Translations under genes and position numbers: made by a program
Source: an uncultured Peptococcaceae bacterium
GTDB taxonomy: Bacteria; Bacillota; Dehalobacteriia; UBA4068
DNA length: 64,000 bases
Assembly (NCBI GenBank): GCA_949289995.1
Contig: CASEQE010000009.1
Span: 5,706-69,705, forward strand
Direction: 5' to 3'
Shown: piece by piece, positions 19,450-29,382 of the stretch
Layout: the number at the start of each line of letters is the position of its first letter
How positions within the stretch are numbered: the first letter of the stretch is position 1
Notes under the pieces: generated by a model
Told to the model about the DNA's origin: nothing
Database searches by the model: none
The model's input: only the letters and a program-made list of their open reading frames with translations

Positions 19450-21111
19450 TCAATTCATTAAATCAGCTGCTAAATACTCATCTATTCTCTGCAAAATCGC
19501 AGCTGTCTGCGCCCGGGTTGCCGTACCACGAGGCGCCACCGTTCCATCCGGCATACCGGTAAGCAAAGCTGCCTCGGTACAAAAGGCAATACCGGGCAAC
19601 GCCCATTCATCAATTGTAGCCGTATCGCTATATACCGCCAGTATGCCGAGATAATCCTCGCTGTGCAGTAAGGTCTGTCCTTGGCTGCGGTAATAATAAT
19701 CCATATAGGCAAAAATAATTTTTGCCATTTGTTGACGGCTTATCGCATCATTGGGACCAAAATTGCCGTTACCATAGCCGTCAATAATTCCCGTTGATAC
19801 GCCCCAAGCTACATATTTGGCGAAATAGTCATCTGCTTGCACATCCGCAAATAAATTACTCCTACCTGTTTCATCAATGACGCTGCCCCCAGCCTCATAC
19901 ATTCTTCCCAAAACGGTAATGAACATACCTCGGGTAACGCCCTGATCAGGGGCAAACAAATTGTTTCCTACGCCGGCAAAATATCCTTTTGCCGCCACAT
20001 ATTCGACTGACTCTTCAGCCCAATGCCCCGAAATATCGTTAAAAGCACTAGTTTGATTACCAAACATCAAGTAGGGCGTAATATTGACCGTCAACTGGCT
20101 ACCAATGGATGAACAGTCGATTTTATCTTCCGCTCCGTTGCCTTGACGAAAATATACATAACGACTCGTTTCAGGGATTTGGCAAAAATAATCCCAATTG
20201 ACAAATTTGTTCACCACACCGTCAATACTATAAGTATAGATTTGACTGGGATCACAAAATAACCAACCAATTTGCGGTAAGTAGAATTCCAGCCAAGTAT
20301 GGCGCAAACTATCGATTTGCAAACCGTTAGCAGTATCGGAAGATAAATTTACAATCTGATCCTCAGGTTGGAACAGATAACCGCTTTGAGCCCTCGCCGG
20401 TATCCCCGCCGCCCGCAACAAAGCCACCAGTAAATTTACATATCCTTCGCAATAGGCGGTACGACGGTTTAATACGGATTTGGCATCTTGGGGTAAATCG
20501 CTTTCTTGATAATACACCTGTAAATTAACGGCGGCAAATAGCATTTTGGCAATTAAATACGGGTTGGTTTCTTGGCCAATCACATTTTGCACATATTGGC
20601 TAATTTCCCAATCATCGCTTTGGCTATATTCATCCGGCAACAAATAATTGGACAAAAGCGCAATCTGATCGTAATCATAATTCGTCGCCGTATAATCGAT
20701 ATGGTAGCGCAAAGCCGAAGTACTCACTGCAAATTTCTGATAGAAAACCAATTGTTCCCCGGCCTCCAGCCGGTCTATATAATATATGGCGAAACGGCGC
20801 CCCTGATCGTCGCTAATAATGGAATCCGGATAAGGCGTTAATTGCTCGCGAATGAGGGTATAATACACGGGAACGCTATCGTCCATTAATGGAATGGACA
20901 ATACCACATTTCGGGCGGCTCCGTCCTGCTCATTGCTAACGGTTACTTCATGAACCAACGTATAACCCCATTGACCGGTAACCGTATAATAATTTTGCTG
21001 GTCTGTGCCGATACCGGCGTCATCCGCCGCCAATGTTGCTAGGGAACAACTGAACAGAAAAAGAAAACAACAGCAGAAACAAAAAAACCGTATTGCTAGT
21101 CTTTTCATCAT
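19450..21111 (-). CDS. Secreted transglutaminase-like cysteine protease-fold protein with three C-terminal SLH domains
   Basis: Signal peptide with a Cys-rich h-region (FFCFCCCFLFLFSCS). Transglutaminase-like core (AYCEGYVNLLVALLRAAGIPAR, then H and D downstream). Three SLH repeats (FNDISGHWAEESVEYVAAKGYF, FADVQADDYFAKYVAWGVSTGII, and a C-terminal repeat). Confidence 0.6.
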   Translation of the reverse strand: MMKRLAIRFFCFCCCFLFLFSCSLATLAADDAGIGTDQQNYYTVTGQWGYTLVHEVTVSNEQDGAARNVVLSIPLMDDSVPVYYTLIREQLTPYPDSIISDDQGRRFAIYYIDRLEAGEQLVFYQKFAVSTSALRYHIDYTATNYDYDQIALLSNYLLPDEYSQSDDWEISQYVQNVIGQETNPYLIAKMLFAAVNLQVYYQESDLPQDAKSVLNRRTAYCEGYVNLLVALLRAAGIPARAQSGYLFQPEDQIVNLSSDTANGLQIDSLRHTWLEFYLPQIGWLFCDPSQIYTYSIDGVVNKFVNWDYFCQIPETSRYVYFRQGNGAEDKIDCSSIGSQLTVNITPYLMFGNQTSAFNDISGHWAEESVEYVAAKGYFAGVGNNLFAPDQGVTRGMFITVLGRMYEAGGSVIDETGRSNLFADVQADDYFAKYVAWGVSTGIIDGYGNGNFGPNDAISRQQMAKIIFAYMDYYYRSQGQTLLHSEDYLGILAVYSDTATIDEWALPGIAFCTEAALLTGMPDGTVAPRGTATRAQTAAILQRIDEYLAADLMN

Positions 21112-21203
21112 CAGCCCCCATGATTCTCATATTTCAATGATCGTTTACACATGATTCAGGAAAGGTAGACACATTCTACCTTATAATAGACGCTTTCCTT
21201 AGG

Positions 21204-21704
21204 CTAAAAAGTTCCCTCGCCATGGTATTTTCTTTGCAAAGCTTTAGCCACGGAAGGCGGCACTAAAGCATCCACGGAAGCGCCTAATTTAGCAGATTTA
21301 CGAATAATACTAGAACTAATAAATAAATACCGGGAACCGCTCATCAAAAAAACGGTATCAATTCCCTGCTTTAAGCTACGGTTCAGCAAAGCCATTTGAA
21401 ATTCTTGATCAAAATCGGAAATAGCGCGCAAACCGCGAATAATCGAACAAGCCCCTTGAGCAGCGCAATAATCTACCAATAAACCGGAAAAAGAATCTAC
21501 TACCACATTATTTCCGCAATTTTGTTCCTGAATGGCGCTACGAATCAAAGCGCAACGTTCTTCCATAGTAAATAACGGTTGCTTATAATTATCTTCCGCA
21601 ACGGCTATAATTACTTTATCAAATAAACTGGCTGCTCTTTTAGCAATATCCAAATGACCGTTGGTAATGGGGTCGAAAGTACCGGCATACACGCCTATCT
21701 TCAT
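21204..21704 (-). CDS. coaD: Phosphopantetheine adenylyltransferase
   Basis: MKIGVYAGTFDPITNGHLDI with the T/HxGH motif. Start set at the ATG preceded by GAGGAG; the ORF-track start 66 nt upstream has no RBS. Confidence 0.85.
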   Translation of the reverse strand: MKIGVYAGTFDPITNGHLDIAKRAASLFDKVIIAVAEDNYKQPLFTMEERCALIRSAIQEQNCGNNVVVDSFSGLLVDYCAAQGACSIIRGLRAISDFDQEFQMALLNRSLKQGIDTVFLMSGSRYLFISSSIIRKSAKLGASVDALVPPSVAKALQRKYHGEGTF

Positions 21705-21717
21705 AACGACTATCTCC

Positions 21718-22380
21718 TCATATAATTTCTTCTTGTATATAGCGAACCAAAGCCCGCATATCTTCTTCATATGCTTGTCGCAAACCAGGATTATACATCA
21801 CCGCAGCCGGATGATATAAGGGGAAAACGGCGCGTTCTCCAGCGATAAATGGTTTGCCATGATATTGACTCATTTGCGGCTTATCCTGCGTAAAACAGGA
21901 TAACGGCACTGCGCCCAAAGTTACGATCAATTTGGGACGCACAAGCGCCAATTCCGTTTGTAAATGACGCCGGCAGGCCGTAATTTCGCCAGGAGCAGGC
22001 GGACGATTGCTCCATGTTCCTGGACGTTTGCCTGGTTTAACCGGACGGCATTTCACCGTATTGCCAATATAAAGCCTTTCCTCAGCGATCTGGCTTTCAG
22101 CCAAAAATTGCCGCAACAATTTACCTGCTGCGCCAGCAAAAGGACGTCCTAGCCGATCTTCCGCTGCGCCGGGAGCTTCGCCCAATAACATAATATCGCC
22201 TTGATAACGGCGATTGCCGCAAACTGCCTGCGTTCGGGTAAGAGCCAAAGGGCAATCGCGGCATGTTCGCACCTGCAATTCATAAGCGGCAATTTGCCCA
22301 GTCTGATAAGGTAAAATGGACTTGTCTACATAATGATTCATTGACATATTATACAATATTTTAGCTATCCCGTCAAACAA
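21718..22380 (-). CDS. Uracil-DNA glycosylase, family 4 (Fe-S type)
   Basis: CRDCPL motif, GEAPGAAEDRLGRPFAGAAGKLL and a C-terminal HPAAV region. The N-terminus runs about 25 aa longer than the Thermotoga enzyme, so the true start may be an internal Met. Confidence 0.7.
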   Translation of the reverse strand: MFDGIAKILYNMSMNHYVDKSILPYQTGQIAAYELQVRTCRDCPLALTRTQAVCGNRRYQGDIMLLGEAPGAAEDRLGRPFAGAAGKLLRQFLAESQIAEERLYIGNTVKCRPVKPGKRPGTWSNRPPAPGEITACRRHLQTELALVRPKLIVTLGAVPLSCFTQDKPQMSQYHGKPFIAGERAVFPLYHPAAVMYNPGLRQAYEEDMRALVRYIQEEII

Positions 22381-22414
22381 AACCCCCGCCTTATTTTACC
22401 AAGGCGGGGGTTAG
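22378..22414 (-). terminator. Rho-independent terminator downstream of argG
   Basis: AACCCCCGCC-loop-GGCGGGGGTT, with a T-run on the minus strand. Confidence 0.65.
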
Positions 22415-22437
22415 ATACATTTTTAACGTATTTACAT

Positions 22438-23649
22438 TTATTTATTTTTTGCTTGCATCATCGCTCTAACTTTTAGCGGTAAACCAAACAAGTTAATGAA
22501 TCCGGCGGAATCTTTCTGATCATAAACTTCATCTTCGCCAAAGGTGGCCAAATCTTCATCATACAAGGAGTATGGGCTCTTCATACCGACTACAACGGCA
22601 GAGCCCTTATACAGCTTCACCCGGACGATACCGCTAACGGTTTTTTGCGTTTCATCCACAAAAGCGGATAGCGCTTCACGCAGCGGCGAATACCACATGC
22701 CGTCGTATACCAGTTCGGCAAAACGCAAAGCCACCATTTCTTTATAATGAGCGGTAGCCCGATCCAAAGTCAATTCTTCCAAAGATTTATGGGCAGCGTA
22801 CAAAATAGTTCCGCCAGGGGTTTCATATACGCCACGGGATTTCATGCCCACCAAACGGTTTTCCACCAAATCGGCAATACCTACGCCATTCGCGGCGCCT
22901 AAACGGTTCAATTCCGTAACGATAGCTGCCGGGGACATGGCTTTGCCATCAATTTTAATCGGTTCGCCTTGGGCAAATTCAATTTCCACATAAGTAGGTT
23001 TATCCGGCGCCGCTTCCGGCGTTTGGCAAATCTTCAGCATTTCAGCCTGCGGCTCATTCCAAGGATCTTCCAAATCCATACCTTCATGAGATAAATGCCA
23101 AATATTCCGATCCATACTATAGTTATCTTTTTTGGTTACCGGCACGGGAATTCCATGCGCTTCCGCATAATCGATTTCTTCTTCTCTAGATTTCAAATCC
23201 CATTCCCGCCAAGGAGCGATAATTTGCATTTCCGGCGCCAAAGCTTTAATCGACAGCTCAAAACGAACTTGGTCGTTACCTTTACCAGTACAACCGTGGC
23301 AAATGGCATCACAACCTTCCGCTTTGGCAATATCTACAAGATAACGAGCAATAATCGGACGGGCGTGAGACGTTCCCAACAAATATTTTCCTTCATATAC
23401 GGCCCCTGCTTTTAAGGTGGGGAAAATAAAATCTTTTACATATTCTTCCGTTAAATCGCCCACGAAAACTTTGGAAGCGCCGCTTTTCAACGCTTTTTCC
23501 CGCACAGGATCCACTTCTTTGCCTTGTCCCACGTCGCCGCAAATAGCGATCACTTCGCAACCATAATTTTCTTTCAGCCAAGGGATAATGATAGACGTGT
23601 CTAAACCGCCGCTATAAGCCAAAGCCACTTTCTTAAAACTTTTTTTCAT
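22438..23649 (-). CDS. argG: Argininosuccinate synthase
   Basis: [11 protein letters not shown]-loop and ArgG body. Start set at MKKSFKK, which has GGGAGG 8 nt upstream. Confidence 0.9.
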   Translation of the reverse strand: MKKSFKKVALAYSGGLDTSIIIPWLKENYGCEVIAICGDVGQGKEVDPVREKALKSGASKVFVGDLTEEYVKDFIFPTLKAGAVYEGKYLLGTSHARPIIARYLVDIAKAEGCDAICHGCTGKGNDQVRFELSIKALAPEMQIIAPWREWDLKSREEEIDYAEAHGIPVPVTKKDNYSMDRNIWHLSHEGMDLEDPWNEPQAEMLKICQTPEAAPDKPTYVEIEFAQGEPIKIDGKAMSPAAIVTELNRLGAANGVGIADLVENRLVGMKSRGVYETPGGTILYAAHKSLEELTLDRATAHYKEMVALRFAELVYDGMWYSPLREALSAFVDETQKTVSGIVRVKLYKGSAVVVGMKSPYSLYDEDLATFGEDEVYDQKDSAGFINLFGLPLKVRAMMQAKNK

Positions 23650-23726
23650 ATATATATTCCTCCCTTTACAGAGCGATTTCGCCGCTGTTTGCAACGGCTT
23701 CCCTACAAAATAATAATACGACGATT

Positions 23727-23740
23727 TGCATAATAATGCA
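23727..23740. promoter_or_regulatory. ARG-box-like palindrome (candidate ArgR/AhrC operator)
   Basis: TGCATAATAATGCA is a perfect 14-bp palindrome about 80 nt upstream of the argG start, in the divergent argG/cwlD intergenic region. It resembles the TGAAT-N4-ATTCA ARG box. Confidence 0.35.
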
Positions 23741-23826
23741 ATGCCTAAGTTAAATTTTTTTTGGGATATCCAAAGCGGTGCCGGCATATTCTTAATTGGC
23801 AGCCAGAGGTTGGGAGGTATATTGCC

Positions 23827-24516
23827 ATGCGTATTATGATCGCTACATTTCGTCCGCCTTGGCGGATCTTCTGGATATTACCCCTATTATGTATCATATT
23901 CGCCTTAGCGATACAAGAGAGTCATACGGAACCAGCATTATCCCCTTCACTTTTTGGCAAAACCATCGTTGTTGATCCAGGACATGGCGATTGGGATCCT
24001 GGGGTAGTCGGAATCACTGGCGTTGAAGAAAAAGATATCAATTTAGCCATCGGTAAAAACTTGGCCGAGCTGTTACGTAACAGCGGCGCCATTGTGTTGC
24101 TTACTAGAGAAAACGACCATGTCGCTTATGACAAAAAAGAGGAGGACATACGGGCACGCGCCGCTTTAGCAGACGGGGCGGATCTATTTGTCAGCGTACA
24201 TGCCAACAGTTTTCCCGCTTCTCCCAGCAGTCATGGCGCACAAATTTTTTATGGCTCCGACAATGAAGCAGGGAAAAAACTAGCCGAGGAAATACAAGAA
24301 CAATGCGGCATATTACTAAATTCTAATCGCACAGCATTAGCCCACAGCAATGCTTATCTACTAAAAAATGTCGCTGCTCCTGCAGTTATTGCCGAAATGG
24401 GCTTTTTGTCTAATCCACAAGAAGAACAATCATTAGCCAACGCTGATTATCAATGGCAAGCTGCTTGGGCAATTTATGTGGGTATTATAAACTTTTTCAG
24501 CAATTTCCAGTCCTAA
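23827..24516 (+). CDS. cwlD: N-acetylmuramoyl-L-alanine amidase (Amidase_3), CwlD-like germination-specific type
   Basis: Signal/TM segment followed by [15 protein letters not shown]...[10 protein letters not shown] (Amidase_3 zinc ligands). Start at ATG 23827 after GGGAGG. Confidence 0.75.
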   Translation: MRIMIATFRPPWRIFWILPLLCIIFALAIQESHTEPALSPSLFGKTIVVDPGHGDWDPGVVGITGVEEKDINLAIGKNLAELLRNSGAIVLLTRENDHVAYDKKEEDIRARAALADGADLFVSVHANSFPASPSSHGAQIFYGSDNEAGKKLAEEIQEQCGILLNSNRTALAHSNAYLLKNVAAPAVIAEMGFLSNPQEEQSLANADYQWQAAWAIYVGIINFFSNFQS

Positions 24517-24895
24517 CTGTCGTTTTCAAATAGTACCTGGTATTCCCTGACGATCTTTAACCGATCCACAAATTAACCAAAACTTTTGTTCTTCTATAGA
24601 AAGGCCGATTTTACGGCTTTCATACTTCGCAAACCCATCGCTGAAATTTGCGCCTACCAACAAGAACAAGGCACTCAGATAATCCATTCTTTGCGACAGC
24701 TCCGACACCTGCCGATATAGTCGATCAGCCAGCTCTGCTAGGGGGTATTGGCGCTATCGATCCTCTTATACACCATATAAAATAAATATCAAAAAATAAA
24801 GCGAAGCAAAAACTATACGATTATTGACTGAGGAATGCCGTCAGGCAATTGCCAACTGCTCCTCCACGCTCTTGCCGTCTTGCATTTCATCATAT

Positions 24896-24956
24896 ATATA
24901 AACAAAAATAATATAGCGCAAAGAACGCCGCAATGCCGCGTGCAGCTTCTTTGCGC
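24896..24956 (-). terminator. Rho-independent terminator downstream of thrC
   Basis: GCGCAAAGAA-21 nt loop-TTCTTTGCGC, followed on the minus strand by TATATTATTTTTGTTT. Confidence 0.5.
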
Positions 24957-25028
24957 TTATCAAGGATCGCGATTGATTTTCTAAAAAACCCTACGGAATC
25001 ATACTCACGCGCAGAATCAACAAAATGA

Positions 25029-26504
25029 TCAGGCAAGATCCAAAATATGTTTTACGGTATCCCGCATCTCATTTTTTGCACAAAAACGGTTGTGCCGTAT
25101 GGGCAAGAAAGCGATTTGGCGCAAGCTCTCCGGAATGGGTACGTGGGTATAATCCTCCAACAGCTGCGGCATATCCGTTTCTGCAACTTGATCAATGGGC
25201 CGGTCTAAAGCAGACAGCACTGCTTGAGAGAACTTATAAGGGTTGGCTGTGGAAGCCAACAGTAGTGGATACTGCCGGCTATGCGCTTGCAAGTATTCTT
25301 CAGCCACCGTATATCCTACGGCGGTATGGGGATCTAACAAATAGCCATATTGTTCATATACTCTTTTAATAGTAACGGCCGCCTGCGCACTATCCGCTTT
25401 TCCGCCGCTCATCGCTTTCTGTACGGCAGATAGAATATGTGGTTCTAAAGAGAATTGGCCAGTTTCCTGCAGTTCTCTAAACCATTTGTTTACCAGAGTC
25501 GCATCATTGCCGCTAATATCAAAAAGAAAACGTTCAAAATTACTGGAAACCAAAATATCCATGGATGGACTAGTGGTTTTCAGCAAAGGCCGACAGCTAT
25601 TATATACGCCAGTTTCCAACACTTTGGTCAAAACGTCGTTTTCATTGGAAGCACAAAGCAAACGATGCACCGGCAAACCCATCTTTTTGGCATACCAGGC
25701 TGCCAAAATATTACCAAAATTTCCTGTGGGAACGGCAATATCAATTGGATCTCCCAATTCAATCCGTCCGGCACGATATAATTGACGATAGCCGTAGTAG
25801 TAATAGACGATTTGCGGTAATAAACGTCCCCAATTGATAGAATTGGCTGAGGTAAACTGTTTGTCGTTCATAGATAACAGCACGTTTAACTCCGCATCGG
25901 CAAATAAAGCTTTCACCCCAGATTGACAATCGTCGAAATTGCCTTCCACGCCAATCACATAGGTATTCTGACCGCCAGTCGTGCGCATTTGCAACTCTTG
26001 TGTAGCGCTTACGCCGTCTTTGGGATAAAAGACGATAATTTTTACCCCCGGTACATCTTTAAAACCCTCTAAAGCCGCTTTGCCCGTGTCGCCGGAAGTG
26101 GCGGTCAATACCACCAATTCCTTATCGTTACCACAGCAAGCGCCTGCCAATTTCATCAATCGTGGCAATGCCTGTAAAGCCATATCTTTAAAAGCTGCGG
26201 TGGGACCATGCCATAATTCCAAAATATGCATATCGCCTACGGATACGCAGGGCGCTACGTCTTCGGGGAAATGGGGTAAATAAGCGCCGGCAACGGCTTC
26301 CGCTATTTGTTCCGGCGAAAATTGTCTTAAATATAAAGCAAAAATACCCGCAGCAATTTCCACATAACTTTTTTCGCCAATTCCTTCAATTGGATACGCG
26401 GGAAAACGCTCCGGAACATATAATCCACCGTCCGGCGCTAAACCTTCCTGGATGGCTACGGCGGCGCTAACCTTGTCACCACCTCTAGTACTAAAATACT
26501 CCAT
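25029..26504 (-). CDS. thrC: Threonine synthase (long form)
   Basis: PLP-lysine motif TAAFKD, about 490 aa. Start MEYFSTRGG after GGAGG. The ORF-track upstream extension would overlap trmB. Confidence 0.85.
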   Translation of the reverse strand: MEYFSTRGGDKVSAAVAIQEGLAPDGGLYVPERFPAYPIEGIGEKSYVEIAAGIFALYLRQFSPEQIAEAVAGAYLPHFPEDVAPCVSVGDMHILELWHGPTAAFKDMALQALPRLMKLAGACCGNDKELVVLTATSGDTGKAALEGFKDVPGVKIIVFYPKDGVSATQELQMRTTGGQNTYVIGVEGNFDDCQSGVKALFADAELNVLLSMNDKQFTSANSINWGRLLPQIVYYYYGYRQLYRAGRIELGDPIDIAVPTGNFGNILAAWYAKKMGLPVHRLLCASNENDVLTKVLETGVYNSCRPLLKTTSPSMDILVSSNFERFLFDISGNDATLVNKWFRELQETGQFSLEPHILSAVQKAMSGGKADSAQAAVTIKRVYEQYGYLLDPHTAVGYTVAEEYLQAHSRQYPLLLASTANPYKFSQAVLSALDRPIDQVAETDMPQLLEDYTHVPIPESLRQIAFLPIRHNRFCAKNEMRDTVKHILDLA

Positions 26505-26505
26505 G

Positions 26506-27159
26506 TCAACCTCCTTCCCCCGGATGAGCGGCCATATAAAAAATCGGTTGACCACTTTTCCGATATCGACTTTCATATTCGGTAATGATAGCCGATTCTG
26601 CCAGTGGCAAATCATTACATATCCGTTCAATTTGCCAATTTGCAGCACGAAAATTTTCTAAAGACCAGTCAAATAACGGCCGATTATCTGTTTTAAAGCA
26701 CAATTTTCCTTTCGGATCCAAAATCATATGGTAAATAGATAAAAAAGAAGGCGCAGTTAAACGCCGTTTATGATGTCGGTTTTTTGGCCAAGGATCAGGA
26801 AAATTAAGAAAAATTTTTTCCACTTCGCCCGGTGCAAAAATTTCTGCAAGTCTGGCGGCATCACACCATAGCAGCCGCAGATTGTCTGGCGGTGCGGCGC
26901 CGTCTTCAGTTGCAAAACGCTGCAATGCCTGTAAAATCATCTCCGGACGTACTTCTAAAGCAACAAAAAAACAATCGGCGGTAGAATATGCGGAAGAAAA
27001 AATAAACTTTCCCCGCCCCATACCAATTTCCAAATGTAGCGGACGCCCATCACTGAATCGCCGCCAATACCCTTTATATGCAACCGCTTCTTGCTCTGTA
27101 AGCACTAGCGGGCTTTGGCCAATGGTGGAGGCGGCACCTGGAATATGCCGTAAACGCAT
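26506..27159 (-). CDS. trmB: tRNA (guanine46-N7)-methyltransferase
   Basis: LEIGMGRGKF SAM motif and FPDPWPK. Its stop and the thrC start form TGAcATG. Confidence 0.85.
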   Translation of the reverse strand: MRLRHIPGAASTIGQSPLVLTEQEAVAYKGYWRRFSDGRPLHLEIGMGRGKFIFSSAYSTADCFFVALEVRPEMILQALQRFATEDGAAPPDNLRLLWCDAARLAEIFAPGEVEKIFLNFPDPWPKNRHHKRRLTAPSFLSIYHMILDPKGKLCFKTDNRPLFDWSLENFRAANWQIERICNDLPLAESAIITEYESRYRKSGQPIFYMAAHPGEGG

Positions 27160-27168
27160 CCTCTACTC

Positions 27169-27507
27169 CTATTCCCACAAAGATTCCACTTTTTCTTGCA
27201 CTTCGTCGTTGCTTAGGCCTTCTATTTTAACCAAGCGTCTGGTAATTGCATCATCCCAAAACGCAGATTTTTCGGCCATTTTTTGAAACTTTTTACGATT
27301 CTCATTCTTTACCAGAGCACGGGTTTTAGCGTTGGCTCCCATGATGGAAAGGATACCCTTGGCCTTCAGCAAATCATCGACGGTTAAATCCTGATATTCC
27401 TTTTGCAAAAAGGCCATAACCGAAGTATAGTAAGATTGAAATTCCGCAAAAGGCAATTCTTCTTCCATTTTGATAAATTCGGCCATTTGATTAAACAACG
27501 ATTCCAT
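27169..27507 (-). CDS. Hypothetical small helical protein
   Basis: About 112 aa with no recognised domain. GGAGGAAAAA precedes the second ATG. It lies only about 20 nt from the mapped 3' end of the RNase P RNA. Confidence 0.4.
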   Translation of the reverse strand: MESLFNQMAEFIKMEEELPFAEFQSYYTSVMAFLQKEYQDLTVDDLLKAKGILSIMGANAKTRALVKNENRKKFQKMAEKSAFWDDAITRRLVKIEGLSNDEVQEKVESLWE

Positions 27508-27529
27508 TTTTTCCTCCATAAAATATAAA

Positions 27530-27895
27530 TCTGCCGAGCAAGCCTATAAGCCGGGTTCTGTCGTGGATGAACATCTATCTAAGCATACCGTTGCCGGTAT
27601 GCTTTAGCGACCGCAACGAAAAGCAGACGGGCCGCCCTATGCTTTTCTATAAACCGCAATGGTTCAAGGGTCTTGCTCCGAATGGGGTTTACCTAGCCGC
27701 CTGGTCTCCCAAGCGCTGGTGCGCTCTTACCGCACCGTTCCACCCTTACCGGCAAACGCCGGCGGTTTGTTTCTGTGGCACTGTCCTTAAGGTCGCCCTC
27801 ACCGGCCGTTAGCCGGCATTCCGCCCTATGGAGCCCGGACTTTCCTCAAGCGCGCCCTTGCGGGTTACGCTTGCGTCCATCCAGCTTACTCGGAA
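27530..27895 (-). ncRNA. rnpB: RNase P RNA (rnpB), bacterial type A architecture
   Basis: The minus strand carries P4 GAGGAAAGTCCGGGCTCCATAGGGC, GGTAAGGGTGGAACGGTGCGGTAAGAGCGCACCAGC and the 3' ACAGAACCCGGCTTAT. A P1 helix pairs CCGAGTAAGCT with AGGCTTGCTCGG. Length is about 366 nt. Confidence 0.85.
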
Positions 27896-27944
27896 ATTCT
27901 ACATTCTTTACTTATTTTATTCTGCTTTTATTCTGTCGCCAAAC

Positions 27945-28682
27945 TTATTCGTTATCGGTAAATAAAGCCCTACCGCATTTCTCACAATACGTTCGCTGAC
28001 CAGATACTGTCCTTTTATATAAAACCGGGGTAACTATAGTATGACATCCATCGCAAACGTGCTCTGATGACAAATACGCCACCGGCGATCCGCCAAATTT
28101 GTGCTGATTGGCCTCAAACCAAGCTAACTCCCCTTTTTCAATAGAGGGAAGCAAAGCTGCAATTTCTGCTGCCACTTCTGCCTCTTTATGCGCATAGTCT
28201 TCGCATATTTCTTTATAATCTAATTTCAATCGCTCAAAAGATTGACATTCTTCTTCAATTTTTTGTTTTAAATCTACCGCCTCTTGTTCAATTTGCTGCA
28301 AGTGATGAATTGCTTCTTCATCTTGGGTCTTAAGAGCTTCCATTTTTTCTCCTAAGGCGGTCATTTGCGCCTCTCTGGCGGATAAGACCTTGACCGTAGA
28401 GGTGGAGCCATCATACATTGCATCCTGTTCTTTTTGCAATTTATGATTTACATCCGCCAACGATTCTGCATATTCTTTACGATTTTGCAATAATTCACCG
28501 CGCATACAAGCCAATTGCTGCCAACGACGTTTATCAGCTTCATATTCCGATTTGATCTTTGCCATTTGGCAATAAGTTTCACTATGAAGTTTTTCTTGTT
28601 CCAACAATTTTTGCGCGTTTTGTAATTTTTGCAATTGATGTAGCTGCTTCAACATAATACTCTCCCTGTCCTCATCTTCCAC
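27945..28682 (-). CDS. Coiled-coil protein with C-terminal C4 zinc-ribbon (DUF164/zf-RING_7 family)
   Basis: Long Q/E/K-rich coiled coil, then CDGCHTIV...YCEKCGR. Adjacent to trmK, as in the Bacillus yqfN/yqfO region. Confidence 0.6.
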   Translation of the reverse strand: MEDEDRESIMLKQLHQLQKLQNAQKLLEQEKLHSETYCQMAKIKSEYEADKRRWQQLACMRGELLQNRKEYAESLADVNHKLQKEQDAMYDGSTSTVKVLSAREAQMTALGEKMEALKTQDEEAIHHLQQIEQEAVDLKQKIEEECQSFERLKLDYKEICEDYAHKEAEVAAEIAALLPSIEKGELAWFEANQHKFGGSPVAYLSSEHVCDGCHTIVTPVLYKRTVSGQRTYCEKCGRALFTDNE

Positions 28683-29382
28683 AACGACATAAAACTTTAT
28701 CTATTTGAGCGATAGAATTCTGCAATTGCTGCAAACGTTGAGCCGCGTTTTCTCCCGGCATGGCCGAAACCTGCTCAATTAATGATAACAAATCCTTACG
28801 TTTTAGCTGCAAAAAATTGGCTAAAAAAGGATGGGATCCCGCTAAAAGACAGGGACCAAAAGTTAATTCGTCCTCATCCAAACACATTTCGCCATGCTCA
28901 GCGGCAATAACTTCATAGTAAAAACCGTTATCCAACGCCAGCTGCTCCGCCACAATCCGCCACCCGTTATCCATTAACCAGCGGCGCAAGGCAGCCGTAT
29001 TTTTTTGCGGCTGCAACACCAATCTCTTTGTTTGACTGATGACCAAGGGCTGGCGGGATAAGATGTCTTGGATTAAATAACCGCCCATACCGGCTATGGT
29101 TATCGTCTCCGCTTCCCCGGGTTGTAAAGGCGCCAAACCATCGCCTAAACGAACGTCGATTTGGCGGGAAAGCGAAAGCAAATCTACCAATTGGCAAGCG
29201 TTTTCATAAGGTCCAACAGCCCTATCCACTGCGACAACAAAAGGACATATGCCGTTGATCACCAGATAAACGGGCAAATAATTATGATCCGTTCCAATAT
29301 CTGCCGCCGTTTTTCCCGGTAAAACAAACTCGGCTACGGCGTGCAAGCGATTACTGAGTTTCACTTGCATCTTCTCGTTCAC
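28672..29382 (-). CDS. trmK: tRNA (adenine22-N1)-methyltransferase
   Basis: 236 aa with an N-terminal SAM-MTase motif (DIGTDHNYLPVYL). YqfN/TrmK family. Confidence 0.7.
   Translation of the reverse strand: MNEKMQVKLSNRLHAVAEFVLPGKTAADIGTDHNYLPVYLVINGICPFVVAVDRAVGPYENACQLVDLLSLSRQIDVRLGDGLAPLQPGEAETITIAGMGGYLIQDILSRQPLVISQTKRLVLQPQKNTAALRRWLMDNGWRIVAEQLALDNGFYYEVIAAEHGEMCLDEDELTFGPCLLAGSHPFLANFLQLKRKDLLSLIEQVSAMPGENAAQRLQQLQNSIAQIDKVLCRCGR

Noticed and set aside
24526-24708. 60-aa minus-strand ORF in the cwlD-thrC gap
   Set aside because: No RBS, no recognisable similarity, and it lies in a 500-bp spacer that otherwise holds only the thrC terminator. It is probably non-coding, but a small gene remnant cannot be excluded.
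27567-27999. Two small plus-strand ORFs (81 and 74 aa)
   Set aside because: They fall inside the RNase P RNA gene and its promoter region on the opposite strand. The sequence is explained by conserved rnpB structure.
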